In this document: piece by piece, positions 1 through 12,546 of the stretch
How the letters are laid out: the number at the start of each line of letters is the position of its first letter
How positions within the stretch are numbered: the stretch's first letter is position 1
Origin: Macrostomum lignano
Lineage: Eukaryota
Assembly: GCA_002269645.1 (NCBI GenBank)
Contig: NIVC01003688.1
Coordinates: forward strand, 18,725 to 82,724
DNA length: 64,000 nucleotides
Direction of reading: 5' to 3'
Notes under the pieces: model-generated
Seen by the model: the letters and a program-made list of their open reading frames with translations, nothing else
The model's database searches: none
What the model was told of the DNA's origin: nothing
Translations under genes and position numbers: made by a program

Positions 1-569
1 GAGGAAAAATAGCACATGGCAATAAATCAAACTGTTTCAATGTGCTACGAGTGTAATTAAAGAAGGCGACAGTTTCTCAATGCAGCCATCCCGCTGATGA
101 AGTGTCACTAGCTATCGGACGCGCGTACAACTAACGATGAGGCAGCCCGCTCTCTGTTTATGCCGGCGTGTTTCTCATATGTCTCTTACTTCTATTTTCT
201 CCACTTCAGTGACAAGTGCACGAAATTTAGGCAACTGCGCACAGTGAGAAAAAGCCCCAATACCCAGCTGAGATGGCGTGGCTATGGGTAGAGCGCCATC
301 TGTTGCCGGTAGAAACAAGCCAATTCCTATCCCATCTTTCGCTGCCTCTGTTAATTTTCTGCTTTTATGTCTGTGCACTTTTGTCCAGCTTTTACTTCTC
401 CTCTGAAGCTGCTGACAGATTGACAAGTTTGGCGGGGCACTGCAGGATGTGGCGAGAGATTCTTAATGGAGCAGAAAGATTTAGAATCTTTCTCTCAAGT
501 TTTTGGTAGTTTGGGGGCATTTCTCAGGGGCTTTTGTTTGATTTTACTGATGGCCTTACCATCTCTAGG

Positions 570-1853
570 GGCATAGGAGAGGGGAGGCAGAGAGGGTGGC
601 AGAGGAGAGGGCAGGGCAGAGGAGAGGGCAGGCCAGAGGGGAGGGGAGGGCAGAGGGAGGGGAGGGCAGAGGAGAGGGGAGGGCAGAGGAGAGGGGAGGG
701 CAGAGGAGAGGGGAGGGCAGAGGGGAGGGCAGAGGGGAGGGCAGAGGGGATGGGAGGGCAGAGGGCAGGGCAGAGGAGAGGGGAGGGCAGAGAGGAGGGG
801 AGGGCAGAGAGGAGGGGAGGGCAGAGGGGAGGGGAGGGCAGAGGGCAGGGCAGAGGAGAGGGGAGGGCAGAGAGGAGGGGAGGGCAGAGGGAGGGGAGGG
901 CAGAGAGGAGGGGAGGGCAGAGAGGAGGGGAGGGCAGAGGGCAGGGCAGAGGAGAGGGGAGGGCAGAGAGGAGGGGAGGGCAGAGGGCAGGGCAGAGGAG
1001 AGGGGAGGGCAGAGAGGAGGGGAGGGCAGAGGGCAGGGCAGAGGAGAGGGGAGGGCAGAGAGGAGGGTAGGGCAGAAGGGAGGGGAGGGCAGAGAGGAGG
1101 GGAGGGCAGAGAGGAGGGGAGGGCAGAGAGGAGGGGAGGGCAGAGAGGAGGGGAGGGCAGAGAGGAGGGGAGGGCAGAGAGGAGGGGAGGGCAGAGGGTA
1201 GGGGAGGCAGAGAGGAGGAGAGGGCAGAGGGGAGGGGAGGGCAGAGAGGAGGGGAGGGCAGAGAGGAGGGGAGGGCAGAGGGTAGGGGAGGGCAGAGAGG
1301 AGGGGAGGGCAGAGAGGAGGGGAGGGCAGAGAGGAGGGGAGGGCAGAGAGGAGGGGAGGGCAGAGAGGAGGGGAGGGCAGAGAGGAGGGGAGGGCAGAGA
1401 GGAGGGGAGGGCAGAGAGGAGGGGAGGGCAGAGAGGAGGGGAGGGCAGAGAGGAGGGGAGGGCAGAGGGGAGGGAGGGCAGAGAGGAGGGAGGGCAGAGG
1501 GGAGGGCAGAGGGGAGGGCAGAGGGGAGGGAAGAGAGGAGGGGAGGGCAGAGGGGAGGGCAGAGGGAGGGCAGAGGGAGGGCAGAGAGGAGGGGAGGGCA
1601 GAGAGGAGGGGAGGGCAGAGGGGAGGGCAGAGGGGAGGGCAGAGGGGAGGGGAGGGCAGAGAGGAGGGGAGGGCAGAGGGGAGGGCAGAGGGAGGGCAGA
1701 GGGGAGGGGAGGGCAGAGAGGAGGGAGGGCAGAGGGGAGGGCAGAGGGGAGGGCAGAGGGAGGGGAGGGCAGAGAGGAGGGAGGGCAGAGGGGAGGGCAG
1801 AGGGGAGGGCAGAGGGGAGGGCAGAGGGGAGGGGAGGGCAGAGAGGAGGGGAG
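570..1853. repeat. Purine-rich GA tandem repeat (about 18-24 bp units, e.g. GGGGAGGGCAGAGAGGAG)
   Basis: Direct inspection; almost only G/A plus the C of GGGCAGAG. ORFs 495..1937, 534..1070 and 596..1201 are repeat translations. Confidence 0.95.
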
Positions 1854-2391
1854 GCGCTGAACTGTTGCGGACGAAAGCAGAGACAGCAAGGTCAGCTTCA
1901 GAATAATTCGAGTTTCCAGCGCTGTTGCCACGGACACAGCCAGCCAGAAATAAACATCAACCCCCGCCCTTAGGCTAAGCTGATCGCCCAGTAGCCTGTC
2001 ATGAAGCCTGTCATGAGCGCATCCGGTTCATTCATCCTTGACCTGTCTGTCTGGTCCATCTTTTAATATTTGCAGAGTGGTATAAAAGTTATACACAGCG
2101 AATACGGTTAACTATATAATGCTCAAGTCTCTCGTGCACTCTTGAAGATATTTTGAAGCAATGTTGTAAGTGGTAGCGCTTTCATTGCGCATTCAAAATT
2201 TTTATCAGTTAAGCAATTTTCATATTTATAAAGTAGCAGTTTATTATTGAAAAGGAATCTATAGTCATTCTATTGAGTTGATAATGAGTATACTCTCCAT
2301 TGAATGCATGCAAATTAACAATATAGCCCTGACAATAGTGAGTGATAATAAAAAAATCTTCTTCTTAGCTTTAAACTTGCAAGGTCAAATT

Positions 2392-3078
2392 GGGAATCAC
2401 GTGACTGGTTAATCAAGTAACAAATGGGAATCACGTGACTGCAATTCAATCGACAAATGGGAATCACGTGACTAGTTATTCAAGTAACAAATGCAACTCA
2501 CGTGACTGCAATTCAATCGACAAATGGGAATCACGTGACTGGTCAATCAAGTAACAAATGGGAATCACGTGACTGCAATTCAATCGACAGATGGGAATCA
2601 GTGACTGGTTAATCAAGTAACAAATGGGAATCACGTGACTGCAATTCAATCGACAAATGGGAATAACGTGACTAGTTATTCAAGTAACAAATGCAAATCA
2701 CGTGACTAGTTATTCAAGTAACAAATGCAAATCACGTGACTAGTTATTCAAGTAACAAATGCGAATCACGTGACTGCAATTCAATCGACAAATGGGAATC
2801 ACGTGACTAGTTATTCAAGTAACAAATGGGAATCACGTGACTGCAATTCAATCGACAAATGGAATCACGTGACTGGTCAATCAAGTAACAAATGGGAATC
2901 ACGTGACTGCAATTCAATCGACAGATGGGAATCAGTGACTGGTTAATCAAGTAACAAATGGGAATCACGTGACTACAATTCAATCGACAACCAGGAATCA
3001 CGTGACTGGTAATTTAATCGATAACCGTAAATCACGTGACTACTAAATCAACCGACAACCGGGAGTCACGTGACTGGA
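2392..3078. repeat. 33/34-bp minisatellite with alternating unit types, each carrying TCACGTGA
   Basis: Units GGGAATCACGTGACTGGTTAATCAAGTAACAAAT and GGGAATCACGTGACTGCAATTCAATCGACAAAT; about 20 copies. Confidence 0.93.
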
Positions 3079-3612
3079 ATTGAAGCCACTTAGCAAAAAA
3101 TTATCAATCCTCGTATTTATGATTTATTATTTCAGAGTTGTTTAACAAACATAATCAGTCACGAAACCTGCAAAGCACAGAGAAAAATCTTTCGTTCCTT
3201 AATGAGCAAAGCTTTCTGAATCAGCGCCAGCCCATCGAGAAAATGCAAAACTACTATAACTAAAATGACAAGATAATGAGTTTTTATGATTTCAATTTCA
3301 CGATGCATAAAGTTGAAATACAGTTGAAATACAGTCTGTTTAAGTCTAAGCAATACGGGGTTTATAATTAAGTACTAAAAGGACTCATTGTTTCACAAGA
3401 CAAAAATGAATTTTAATTTTTTACGCTCAAAATTTGACTAATAAGCTAGACAATTGATCGACATGAGATTTGCTATGGATTCCTCTTTTCAGAGCGGAAC
3501 TTCAAAGGATAATTAACCGTGTAACTTGAATGCAATGACGGGCGCTGCACCTCTTTCTAGCTGTAGTTCGACATCCAATTAGCAATATTTTTAAGAATGG
3601 CACACACTGATG

Positions 3613-3990
3613 ACTGACACACCCACAGCTTCCTGTGACTGACACACCCCACAGCTTCCTGTGACTGACACACCCCACAGCTTTCTGCGACTGACACACC
3701 CCACAGCTTCCTGTGACTGACACACCCCACAGCTTTCTGCGACTGACACACCCCACAGCTTCCTGTGACCGACACACCCCACAGCTTCCTGACCGACACA
3801 CCCCACAGCTTCCTGATCAACACACCCACAGCTTCCTGACCGACACACCCCACCGCTTCCTGAGCCCGACATATCCCACAGCTTCCTGTGCCCGATACAC
3901 CCCACAGCTTCCTGTGCCCGACACACCCCACAGCTTCCTGACCGACACACCCTACAGCTTCCTGACTGACACACCCCATAGCTTCCTGAC
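3613..3990. repeat. About 26-bp minisatellite GACACACCCCACAGCTTCCTGTGACT
   Basis: Tandem copies visible; degenerate related units recur at about 4520-4645 on the other side of the LINE fragment. Confidence 0.9.
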
Positions 3991-4041
3991 CACCACCACC
4001 ACCACCAACAACAACAACAGCAACAACAACAACAACAACAG

Positions 4042-4074
<33 letters not shown>
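3990..4074. repeat. (CAC)n/(CAA)n microsatellite, probable 3' tail of the adjacent LINE fragment
   Basis: Reads (TTG)n on the minus strand immediately after the end of the RTE-like sequence. Confidence 0.8.
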
Positions 4075-4530
4075 AGTACGCAGCCCCGCATACAGCGTCA
4101 CACTTAGAGCAGGGTGCGTCAGAAAGCGCGCCGCAGAGCCTGAAAGCGGACGAAGTCCGCTCCGCTGTTGGCAGTGTCGGGCGCCCCAGCGTTGCATACA
4201 TTTTAGGAGGCAGTCCACGTATCGACGGGTTCGGGCCTGACCCCGCCTGAACGGGCCCTGCAAGGTGAGCAGCAGGACGTTCTAAACAGGTTGGGGGCAA
4301 GAACACGTGGCCCGCCAGTTGAAGTCGCCGCCGGTGCAGGCTGATGGACGGGTGCTGCAGCTTGGCCGATCGTACAGGGCCTCGGTCCCGACGCTCTCGT
4401 CAGCTCGAAAGGCTGCACGGAGCAGCCCTGAGTGTGAGTCGGCCGGCACAGTCAGCACCTTGGTCATCAGCGTGTTGACAACCAGACCGACGCTCGATGC
4501 CACCTCGACCAGCCTGTCGACACATCCCAG
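4074..4530 (-). mobile_element. 5'-truncated, internally deleted RTE-like non-LTR retrotransposon fragment
   Basis: Across frames: DRLVEVASSVGLVVNTLMTKVL (RT C-terminal GLxIN..KTK motif), HSGLLRAAF, RRRLQLAGHV and LLLTLQGPFRRGQARTRRYVDCLL, resembling RTE ORF2 C-termini; several frameshifts; (TTG)n tail. Confidence 0.72.
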
Positions 4531-4750
4531 ATTCCTGACGGACACACTTCAAATCTACCTGATATACACAAGGTCCTGACCAACACACCTTGGAATTCCT
4601 GACCAACGCATCCTAAAGCTTCTTGAGCAACAAACACACCTTTAGCTTTTAAAAGCAAATCAGAATGAATTTCACAAAACTACTCAACTAAATCTGCCAG
4701 ACAAATCGATTCAAATTACTCTTTGATCATTGAGTAAATTCATCGCAACA

Positions 4751-4866
4751 TTAAAGAGTCGCTTCATCTCCGCTGCCACCGAGAATGGACACAGTCTCGC
4801 TTTGACAAAACTCTTCATTGAATTCGGCGGCTAATGGACTCAGAAATTCTCGTTGTTGTTGCACAG

Positions 4867-4903
<37 letters not shown>

Positions 4904-6048
4904 AAGCAGGCGGCGTTGACGTCTGCGCCTCGGTGAGCTGTTAGCAACCTGAGCAGGCGGCACCCTCGACACCAACGGCAAGGTGTTGCCATCCAGGTAG
5001 CCAGTGAGGGAGTAACTGCCCGAGTTCTGTTGCCGCTCCGACCGGAGGTAGCCTGCGGCCGAGGCCCCGCCCGTCCGGATGCCGAGCAGCTGCTGGAACG
5101 CGCACCGGAACTCTCTCTGATTGAAGCAGTACAGTATGGGATTCAGGCCAGAGTTTAGGTAGCCAATCCAGGTGATCAGGTCACGTGCCAGCTGGCCAGG
5201 CCGCTGCACTGGCTAGCCGTGAACGGGCAGGCAACGTACATGACAAAGAAGGGCAACCAGCAGACGTAGAAACAGCCAAGGATCAGGCCGAGCGTCTTCG
5301 TGGCTTTGGTCTCGTGCCGGATCTGCCGGCAGGCCAGGCCGCCCTGCTGCGCCCTGATGAGCTCGCACTGGTCGGTGGCGATCCGGTGCACCCTGGCGTA
5401 GGCCAGCGTCATCACCAGCAGCGGCAGGAAGAAAGACGTGCTTGCTGACACCACGGCGTAGGAGCGGTTCACCTCCATGCGGCACTGCGGCACCCCGGTG
5501 TCTGACGGTTCGGCCGACGCAGCTTCAACTGGTCGCACCAGGCCGGAGAACACCGGGCCGAAGCTCAGACCGATGCTGACCGTCCAGACCACGCCGACCG
5601 AAGCGACAATTCGTCTGGGCTGTACAATCTGGCGATAGCGCAGCGGCTTGTTGACTGCGATGTACCTGTCGAGACTGATGAGGCACAGGTGCAGGATGCT
5701 GGCCGTGCAGCACATGATGTCGCAGGATTGAAAGAATTTGCAGAATAGGTCGCCAAACGGCCAGCACTTCAGGAACACGTAGGCTGTAGACGAGGTCATC
5801 ACGGTCAGAGCGATAGCAATATCCGCAGTTGCTAAGGACGCCAAGAGATGGAAGCATTTCTGCGAACGCAATCGACGAAATATGGCCACGGAGCAGATGA
5901 CCAGCGAGTTGCCAACCAGGGTCTCAACAATGAGCAGCGTCATGAGCAGCAGGGTCAGCAAGCGAAGCGGCAAGTCCTGGGAAGTCCATAGGAAAGAGAG
6001 GGCGGACTCGGTTGAGGACCCGTTTGAGCAGATCGATAGCGGCGGCAT
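4751..6048 (-). CDS. Intronless biogenic-amine GPCR (octopamine-beta/D1-dopamine-like), frameshifted in ECL3 at about 5185-5200
   Basis: TM1 GN, TM2 LASLATAD, TM3 CDIMCCTASILHLCLISLDRY (aminergic D3.32 and DRY), TM5 SASTSFFLP, TM6 CWLPFF in ORF 5176..6060; TM7 WIGYLNSGLNPILY and a polyQ tail in ORF 4751..5209, a different frame. First ATG at 6048. Confidence 0.9.
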
Positions 6049-6912
6049 CGGCTGTAGCAATTGCTGTGTTGCAGGCTCGATTTGCAGTCAATCGAAAGCA
6101 GAAACCAGCCAGGAGAGAGGATTATTTTCCAGTCTCTCGGATAGGGGATTTGGGAAGCGGACCTCAGTGTCGCTAAGCTGCGAGCCAAGAAATAGCCGCG
6201 GGGGGTTCAATGCTTTCTCTCTGTCCCACTAAACACGAGGGACGGCGACTCAAAAAGGCTTGCCTAGAGGTTCCTCGCCTCACTGCACTGATCGCACTGT
6301 GCTTTAGGGATCTTCTTAGGCGATTTCCCATTGGTTTGTACGGAGAGCTGTTCAAATAGCCGCAGCCAATGATGCTGGTCAAGCTTCATCGCGCTTGCAC
6401 AGTTGCTAAGCTCAAATACTCAACTCCGGCCTTCTATACATACAGTGTACGATATTCTGTGGAATGCAACTGATATTTCTCTGTCGTTAACAATTTTCAT
6501 CTAGTTTAAAAAAAATCGAACCACAAGTAATTAATCCATAGACTTTGGCGAAAATACTGGTATACGAGTATACTCGTATTATCTCATAATCAAGCTGATC
6601 CAACAACATACATTTGTTAATGTCAGACAGTCTACCCGAATTGTCAGACAAACTACAGAATTTAAAAACAGTTTTACGGAATTCTCAGACTACAAATAAT
6701 TTTAAAAAATGCCAGGTGTAATTTATCGCGCACGAGCTGTCATTACTTATAAAGATCTGAAGTACCACTGAAGAAAATTGCGCTTAGACAAAAATGTAGG
6801 AATGACAAGATAGGTCAGAAAAGGAGCCACTTCAGAATTAGACTGTCACCTGATTCAAAAACCTGTAGGACCTGGAGCTAGTTCATAAGAGTGCATCTGC
6901 TCAGTTGCACTG

Positions 6913-7205
<293 letters not shown>

Positions 7206-7741
7206 TTATGAGCAAAAATGAGCCACATTAACTTCCTCAAAATTTTAACGTCGAAAAAGTTAAAGAAAAATATTTTGACTCCTTCCCGGAATTGAACAAA
7301 CTAAAATTCTCATTTCAAAAATTTATTGCCCGAGGCTGAAGATGCTACGAAGTTGGAAGCAGGAACTTTCAGCAAATTGCTTTTTTCCCAGGCAATTTAG
7401 CTGAATGTACGCGTATCTAAAAAAGCAGTTGGGCTTTAATGGATTTTCTTAGAGACGGTGTGGTGATTTGCGGATAATGGCCCCTCAGCCTAGTTTTGCC
7501 TTCTATCTTACGTTGCAAAATCCGATTCTATGAAGTTTTATCTTCCAATTTACTAATTTATTTTTTTTACGACAGTCTGCGGCGCTGAATGCGGGACGGA
7601 AGTTCAGAGATCTGAGCGATAAGATTGGAGCCTCATAAAACTGTTTTTCGGCCTTAGAGTTGCTTACCATCAATGCTAGGCTAATCCTTGTGGAGCTATT
7701 TATAAAATTGCAAATATGCATTTGTCTACATGCAAATAGCT

Positions 7742-7800
7742 AGATAGACAGGCAGATAGACTGATAAGATAGATAGATAGATAGATATAGATAGATAGAT

Positions 7801-7835
<35 letters not shown>

Positions 7836-7848
7836 TAGATAGATAGAT

Positions 7849-7887
<39 letters not shown>

Positions 7888-7900
7888 TAGATAGATAGAT

Positions 7901-7990
<90 letters not shown>

Positions 7991-7991
7991 G

Positions 7992-8028
<37 letters not shown>

Positions 8029-8060
8029 TTAGATAGATAGATAGATAGATAGATAGGTAG
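7742..8060. repeat. (AGAT)n tetranucleotide microsatellite, reverse complement of the 6913-7205 tract
   Basis: Direct inspection. Confidence 0.97.
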
Positions 8061-8683
8061 GTTGAGTGGATAGATGATAGATCAGGTAAGCAAATAGATA
8101 GATAAGTGGGCAGATAGGTAGATTGCCAAGATGCACTGCCACCCTTGTCCTTTAAAGCACAGACTTCAGTCTCAAGGACGAATACAGAATGAGAAAGCTG
8201 AAATTTGATCGCCAATTTGCTCATAAATTAACATTCGCTACAGCCGATCTAAGGCTTCAAAAGAATGCAAATTGCTGCTTTCGGAAACGACAAGCAAAAA
8301 TTAGAAATAAAATCTAAACGAAAAAGACAATTCTTTATAAGAGTATCTCGATTATTCATTCATGCACACCAGCTGTCTGAGGATACGATGTCAATAATTG
8401 TAAAAGAAATATCTATTCAACTTCGTAGACTTTTAAGCATATGCAGTTCATGTGCATCAAGATTGAAATATTATGTAGAGTTGCAAATGAAAGTACAGTG
8501 CATGAGTGCGTGTCATAACTTTGTTGCAGTTACATGTAAGTTAGAAAAACTTGTATGATACAGCTAATTATATAACTAATCCAGCACTTTCAATAATGGT
8601 AGATTGCGTAGTAGGTAAGGGGACTGAAATAATGGCCATGGACACTCGTGATTGTCTATAAGACAAACTACTACGCAACATCA

Positions 8684-9506
8684 TTGTCTATAAGACACAT
8701 AGAGGCCATTATTTCAGCGTGCCGGAAGCGGTCATTATTCCACACTTTTTATCACGCTTCAATTGACTGTTTTGAGAGTTATTTTACACATAGACGACTG
8801 AGATGTGTGTCTTAGTTTGACCATAGACAACACTGTGATGAGTGCTGATTTCGTTTGCGTCTTGCAAGAAATCAGGAAAGCGGGTGTAGTACGAGTGAAA
8901 GCTACTTGTCTCGTCAAACAACTATGGCTGGTGCATCTCGTCAAACAACTATGGCTGGTGCATCTCGTCAAACAACTATGGCTGGTGCATCTCGTCAAAC
9001 AACTATGTCTGGTGCATCTCGTCAAACAACTATGTCTGGTGCATCTCGTCGAACAGCCTCGCTTATTAATTGGAAAAAATCTTGTCGACGACTGAACGAA
9101 CCGTGCGACCTATGCTTCAGTGGAGATGACACAGGAGATGCGGGTGAAGCATGGTGAGTATAATATGTCAACATTGTAAGTAAATTAGTGGCTATACTAA
9201 TGGTTATATAGCAACTGTGAATTTTTTACAATGTTCATTAATCTGCAGGTCGGATGGATTCGGAACGCGCAGTTCACTTCTTTGAGAACTGCCACTTCAA
9301 GAATTGTACGTTTCAGTTTCAGTCTTCTCTTGACTATCCTTTTTCAGTGTATTCCAGAATGTCATGTAAACTGTTTGCGATTATTCCCTTATATCAGTTA
9401 ATAAATGCATAGTTAAACTAATCGTCTATGGTTCAAACGCCTGCTAAGGCTGAAATAATGGCCAGTTGAGTTTGTCATTATGCCAGGCTGTGTCTTATGG
9501 ACAATG
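8684..9506 (+). mobile_element. Non-autonomous repeat with inverted ends and an internal 27-bp tandem array; diverged partial second copy at about 10150-10315
   Basis: CATTGTCTATAAGACAC (8684) versus GTGTCTTATGGACAATG (about 9490-9506); GGCCATTATTTCAGC 8704-8718 versus GCTGAAATAATGGCC 9449-9463; five copies of TCGTCAAACAACTATG(G/T)CTGGTGCATC at 8911-9055; 8856-9105 resembles 10150-10315. No clear TSD. Confidence 0.5.
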
Positions 9507-9589
9507 GTAGATTGTATAGTATGCATCTGAGTTGAATACTATACAAGTGCATTGCTATGCACTTTTGCTGACATTAACACGCGCGTGGG

Positions 9590-10150
9590 ATGCGAAGGCA
9601 ACTTTCACTGAGATTAACTGTGTAGCATTCGAGTCCCCTAAGCTAGACCCTCAGCGCATTGCATTCGAGCTAGCTGCTGACTCTCTGGCCCAGCGGATAC
9701 TCAGGCGGGTCCGGTCAGGCAACTGGAAAAACTGCTCAGAAGCCGAGCTGCCTTTCAAAAAGGTCTCCGAGTGCCTGACAATCGAGGATGGTATGTTGCA
9801 TATGAAGAGGCGTGTCTTCATCCCGCCCCGTTTGCGGTTAAAGGCATTCAATTCGGTCCACGATACTCACTCAGGGGTTTGTACACCAATGTTCAGCTTG
9901 CGCAAAACTAAGACCGCGTCTAATGAAATCACGCGACACCTGGCCCCAAGCCTCGGGCCCGTTCCAAAGGATTCACATCGACTGGGCCTTTGTGCCTGAA
10001 GCAGGAAACGTCCTAATAGTTGTGGATGCTTTCTCCGGATGGATCGAGGCATTCCCTACCAAGGACAGGTCTGCGAACAGTGTCGTGAAGTGCCTCCGAA
10101 CCGTTTTTTGCCGATTTGGTGTTCCAGAGGTAGTTGTATCCGACAACGCG
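9590..10150 (+). mobile_element. Gypsy/Ty3 LTR-retrotransposon pol fragment (integrase HHCC plus start of the catalytic core), truncated
   Basis: RVFIPPRLRLKAFNSVHDTHSG, then a deletion/frameshift to HQCSACAKLRP-RLMKSRDTWPQASGPFQRIHIDWAF...LIVVDAFSGWIEAFP...LRTVFCRFGVPEVVVSDNA; breaks off after SDN. Confidence 0.9.
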
Positions 10151-11132
10151 TCTTGCGTCTTGCGTCTTACAAGAAATCAGGAAAGCGAGTAGAGCGAGAA
10201 AAAGCTATTTGTCTTGTCAAACAACTATGGCTATAGTGCATCTCGTCAAACAGCCGCGCTTATTAATTGGAAAAATCTTCCTGTCGACGACTGAACGAAC
10301 CGTGCGGCGTACCTAGGAAGAAAACGCGACCATGCAGTCTTCAACGCCTCGACGGCTATAAGCGATGCCTCAAAGCGGACAATCGATTCAGTCGAGCAGC
10401 CGACAGTCCCAAAGAATCCCAACTTGGATACTGCGGTACCAAAGAAGCTCATCAGACGAAGCTCATCAGTCGCAAGCCAAGACGTGCATCTTTCAAATGG
10501 TAAGTTCGGCAACTATACTTGAGCACCTGTATTTCTCTTTCATAGAAAACATTCAACATAGAACAACTCCTTTTGCAGTGCCAAATCATCAGGCTAAAGA
10601 CCTAAAGTGTCGAGCATCTTTGGAAACTGCGGCTTTGAGAACTGCATGTTTCACTTTGGGTGACAAATTGATTTTTACATTGTCAAATTTCGACCACAAA
10701 CTGATAAACTGCACTAGCTGTGACATTTTTTGAACTCTTTTCGTGTAGTTGGTACTTTAGCTTTAATGATTTTTCCTTTTTGTTCATTTACTTCTTGTTG
10801 TTCTGTATTTATTAACAAAAATACTGAGCGATGGATTTTTTCAATCCAAATGTCTATGGTACACATCAAAAATGTGGAATAATGACCAAAATATTTTGTT
10901 ATTGCGTCTGGGTAAAAGTATAATTACAATGTCTCCTTATGACACCCCACTGCCTCCCTATGACAATTCACACTCTCTATATGACACCCCTGCTGTTTCT
11001 TTTATAAAATGGTCATGAAAATAAATAAGATAACTATATTGTACCATGACCTTTGTGCCCGCTGGACACTTATTCTTGCCTTTTATAATGCCATGGACTA
11101 CATTTAAGCCCCCTTGCAGGAAAGAAATATCG

Positions 11133-12345
11133 AAATTAGCGGGCAGTTAATGACATTTAACACCCGATTGTCTCTGTCAAACTTACTTTAATGCAAATTA
11201 GCGGGCAGTTAATGACATTTAACACCCGATTGTCTCTGTCAAACTTACTTTAATGCAAATTAGCGGGCAGTTAATAACATTTAACGCCCGATTGTCTCTG
11301 TCAAACTTACTTTAATGCAAATTAGCGGGCAGTTAATGACATTTAACGCCCGATTGTCTCTGTCAAACTTACTTTAATGCAAATTAGCGGGCAGTTAATG
11401 ACATTTACCGCCCGATTGTCTCTGTCAAACTTACTTTAATGCAAATTAGCGGGCAGTTAATGACATTTAACGCCCGATTGTCTCTGTCAAACTTACTTTA
11501 ATGCAAATTAGCGGGCAGTTAATGACATTTACCGCCCGATTGTCTCTGTCAAACTTACTTTAATGCAAATTAGCGGGCAGTTAATGACATTTAACGCCCG
11601 ATTGTCTCTGTCAAACTTACTTTAATGCAAATTAGCGGGCAGTTAATGACATTTAACGCCCGATTGTCTCTGTCAAACTTACTTTAATGCAAATTAGCGG
11701 GCAGTTAATGACATTTACCGCCCGATTGTCTCTGTCAAACTTACTTTAATGCAAATTAGCGGGCAGTTAATGACATTTACCGCCCGATTGTCTCTGTCAA
11801 ACTTACTTTAATGCAAATTAGCGGGCAGTTAATGACATTTAACGCCCGATTGTCTCTGTCAAACTTACTTTAATGCAAATTAGCGGGCAGTTAATGACAT
11901 TTAACGCCCGATTGTCTCTGTCAAACTTACTTTAATGCAAATTAGCGGGCAGTTAATGACATTTACCGCCCGATTGTCTCTGTCAAACTTACTTTAATGC
12001 AAATTAGCGGGCAGTTAATGACATTTAACGCCCGATTGTCTCTGTCAAACTTACTTTAATGCAAATTAGCGGGCAGTTAATGACATTTACCGCCCGATTG
12101 TCTCTGTCAAACTTACTTTAATGCAAATTAGCGGGCAGTTAATGACATTTAACGCCCGATTGTCTCTGTCAAACTTACTTTAATGCAAATTAGCGGGCAG
12201 TTAATGACATTTACCGCCCGATTGTCTCTGTCAAACTTACTTTAATGCAAATTAGCGGGCAGTTAATGACATTTAACGCCCGATTGTCTCTGTCAAACTT
12301 ACTTTAATGCAAATTAGCGGGCAGTTAATGACATTTAACGCCCGA
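11133..12345. repeat. 62-bp minisatellite, about 19.5 near-identical copies
   Basis: Unit AAATTAGCGGGCAGTTAATGACATTTA(A/C)CGCCCGATTGTCTCTGTCAAACTTACTTTAATGC; period 62 checked (11133, 11195, 11257). Confidence 0.97.
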
Positions 12346-12546
12346 ATATTCTGTCCCACTTTGTCAAGGACACAAATGTGTATGGCACAATAATAGTAAT
12401 ACCCATGCTTTAAGGGCGTTAATGGGAAAATCAGAGGGCGCCGTTAGTAATGTTGTTGTTAGTTAACATTAACAGTAATGTAACGTTAGTAATCTTAGTT
12501 AATGTACTATTGACCATAGACTACAGGATTCCTAGTAGACTAAAGG

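Noticed and set aside
1-500. Short ORFs 175..426 and 273..509
   Set aside because: No recognisable motif or consistent splice structure; could be a TE or gene remnant cut by the window edge.
495-1937. 480-aa Pro/Ser/Leu ORF and antisense Gly/Arg/Glu ORFs
   Set aside because: Translations of a GA-rich tandem repeat, open in several frames.
3130-3262. Open stretch ELFNKHNQSRN...MQNYYN* after a TTTCAG acceptor
   Set aside because: No homology recognised and no upstream exon identified.
5170-5215. Programmed ribosomal frameshift or micro-intron in the amine GPCR
   Set aside because: No slippery heptamer; the only local GT..AG (18 nt) is too short and frame-neutral.
11133-12345. CRISPR-like regular array with palindromic units
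   Set aside because: Units are contiguous and near-identical with no unique spacers, there are no cas genes, and the context is eukaryotic.
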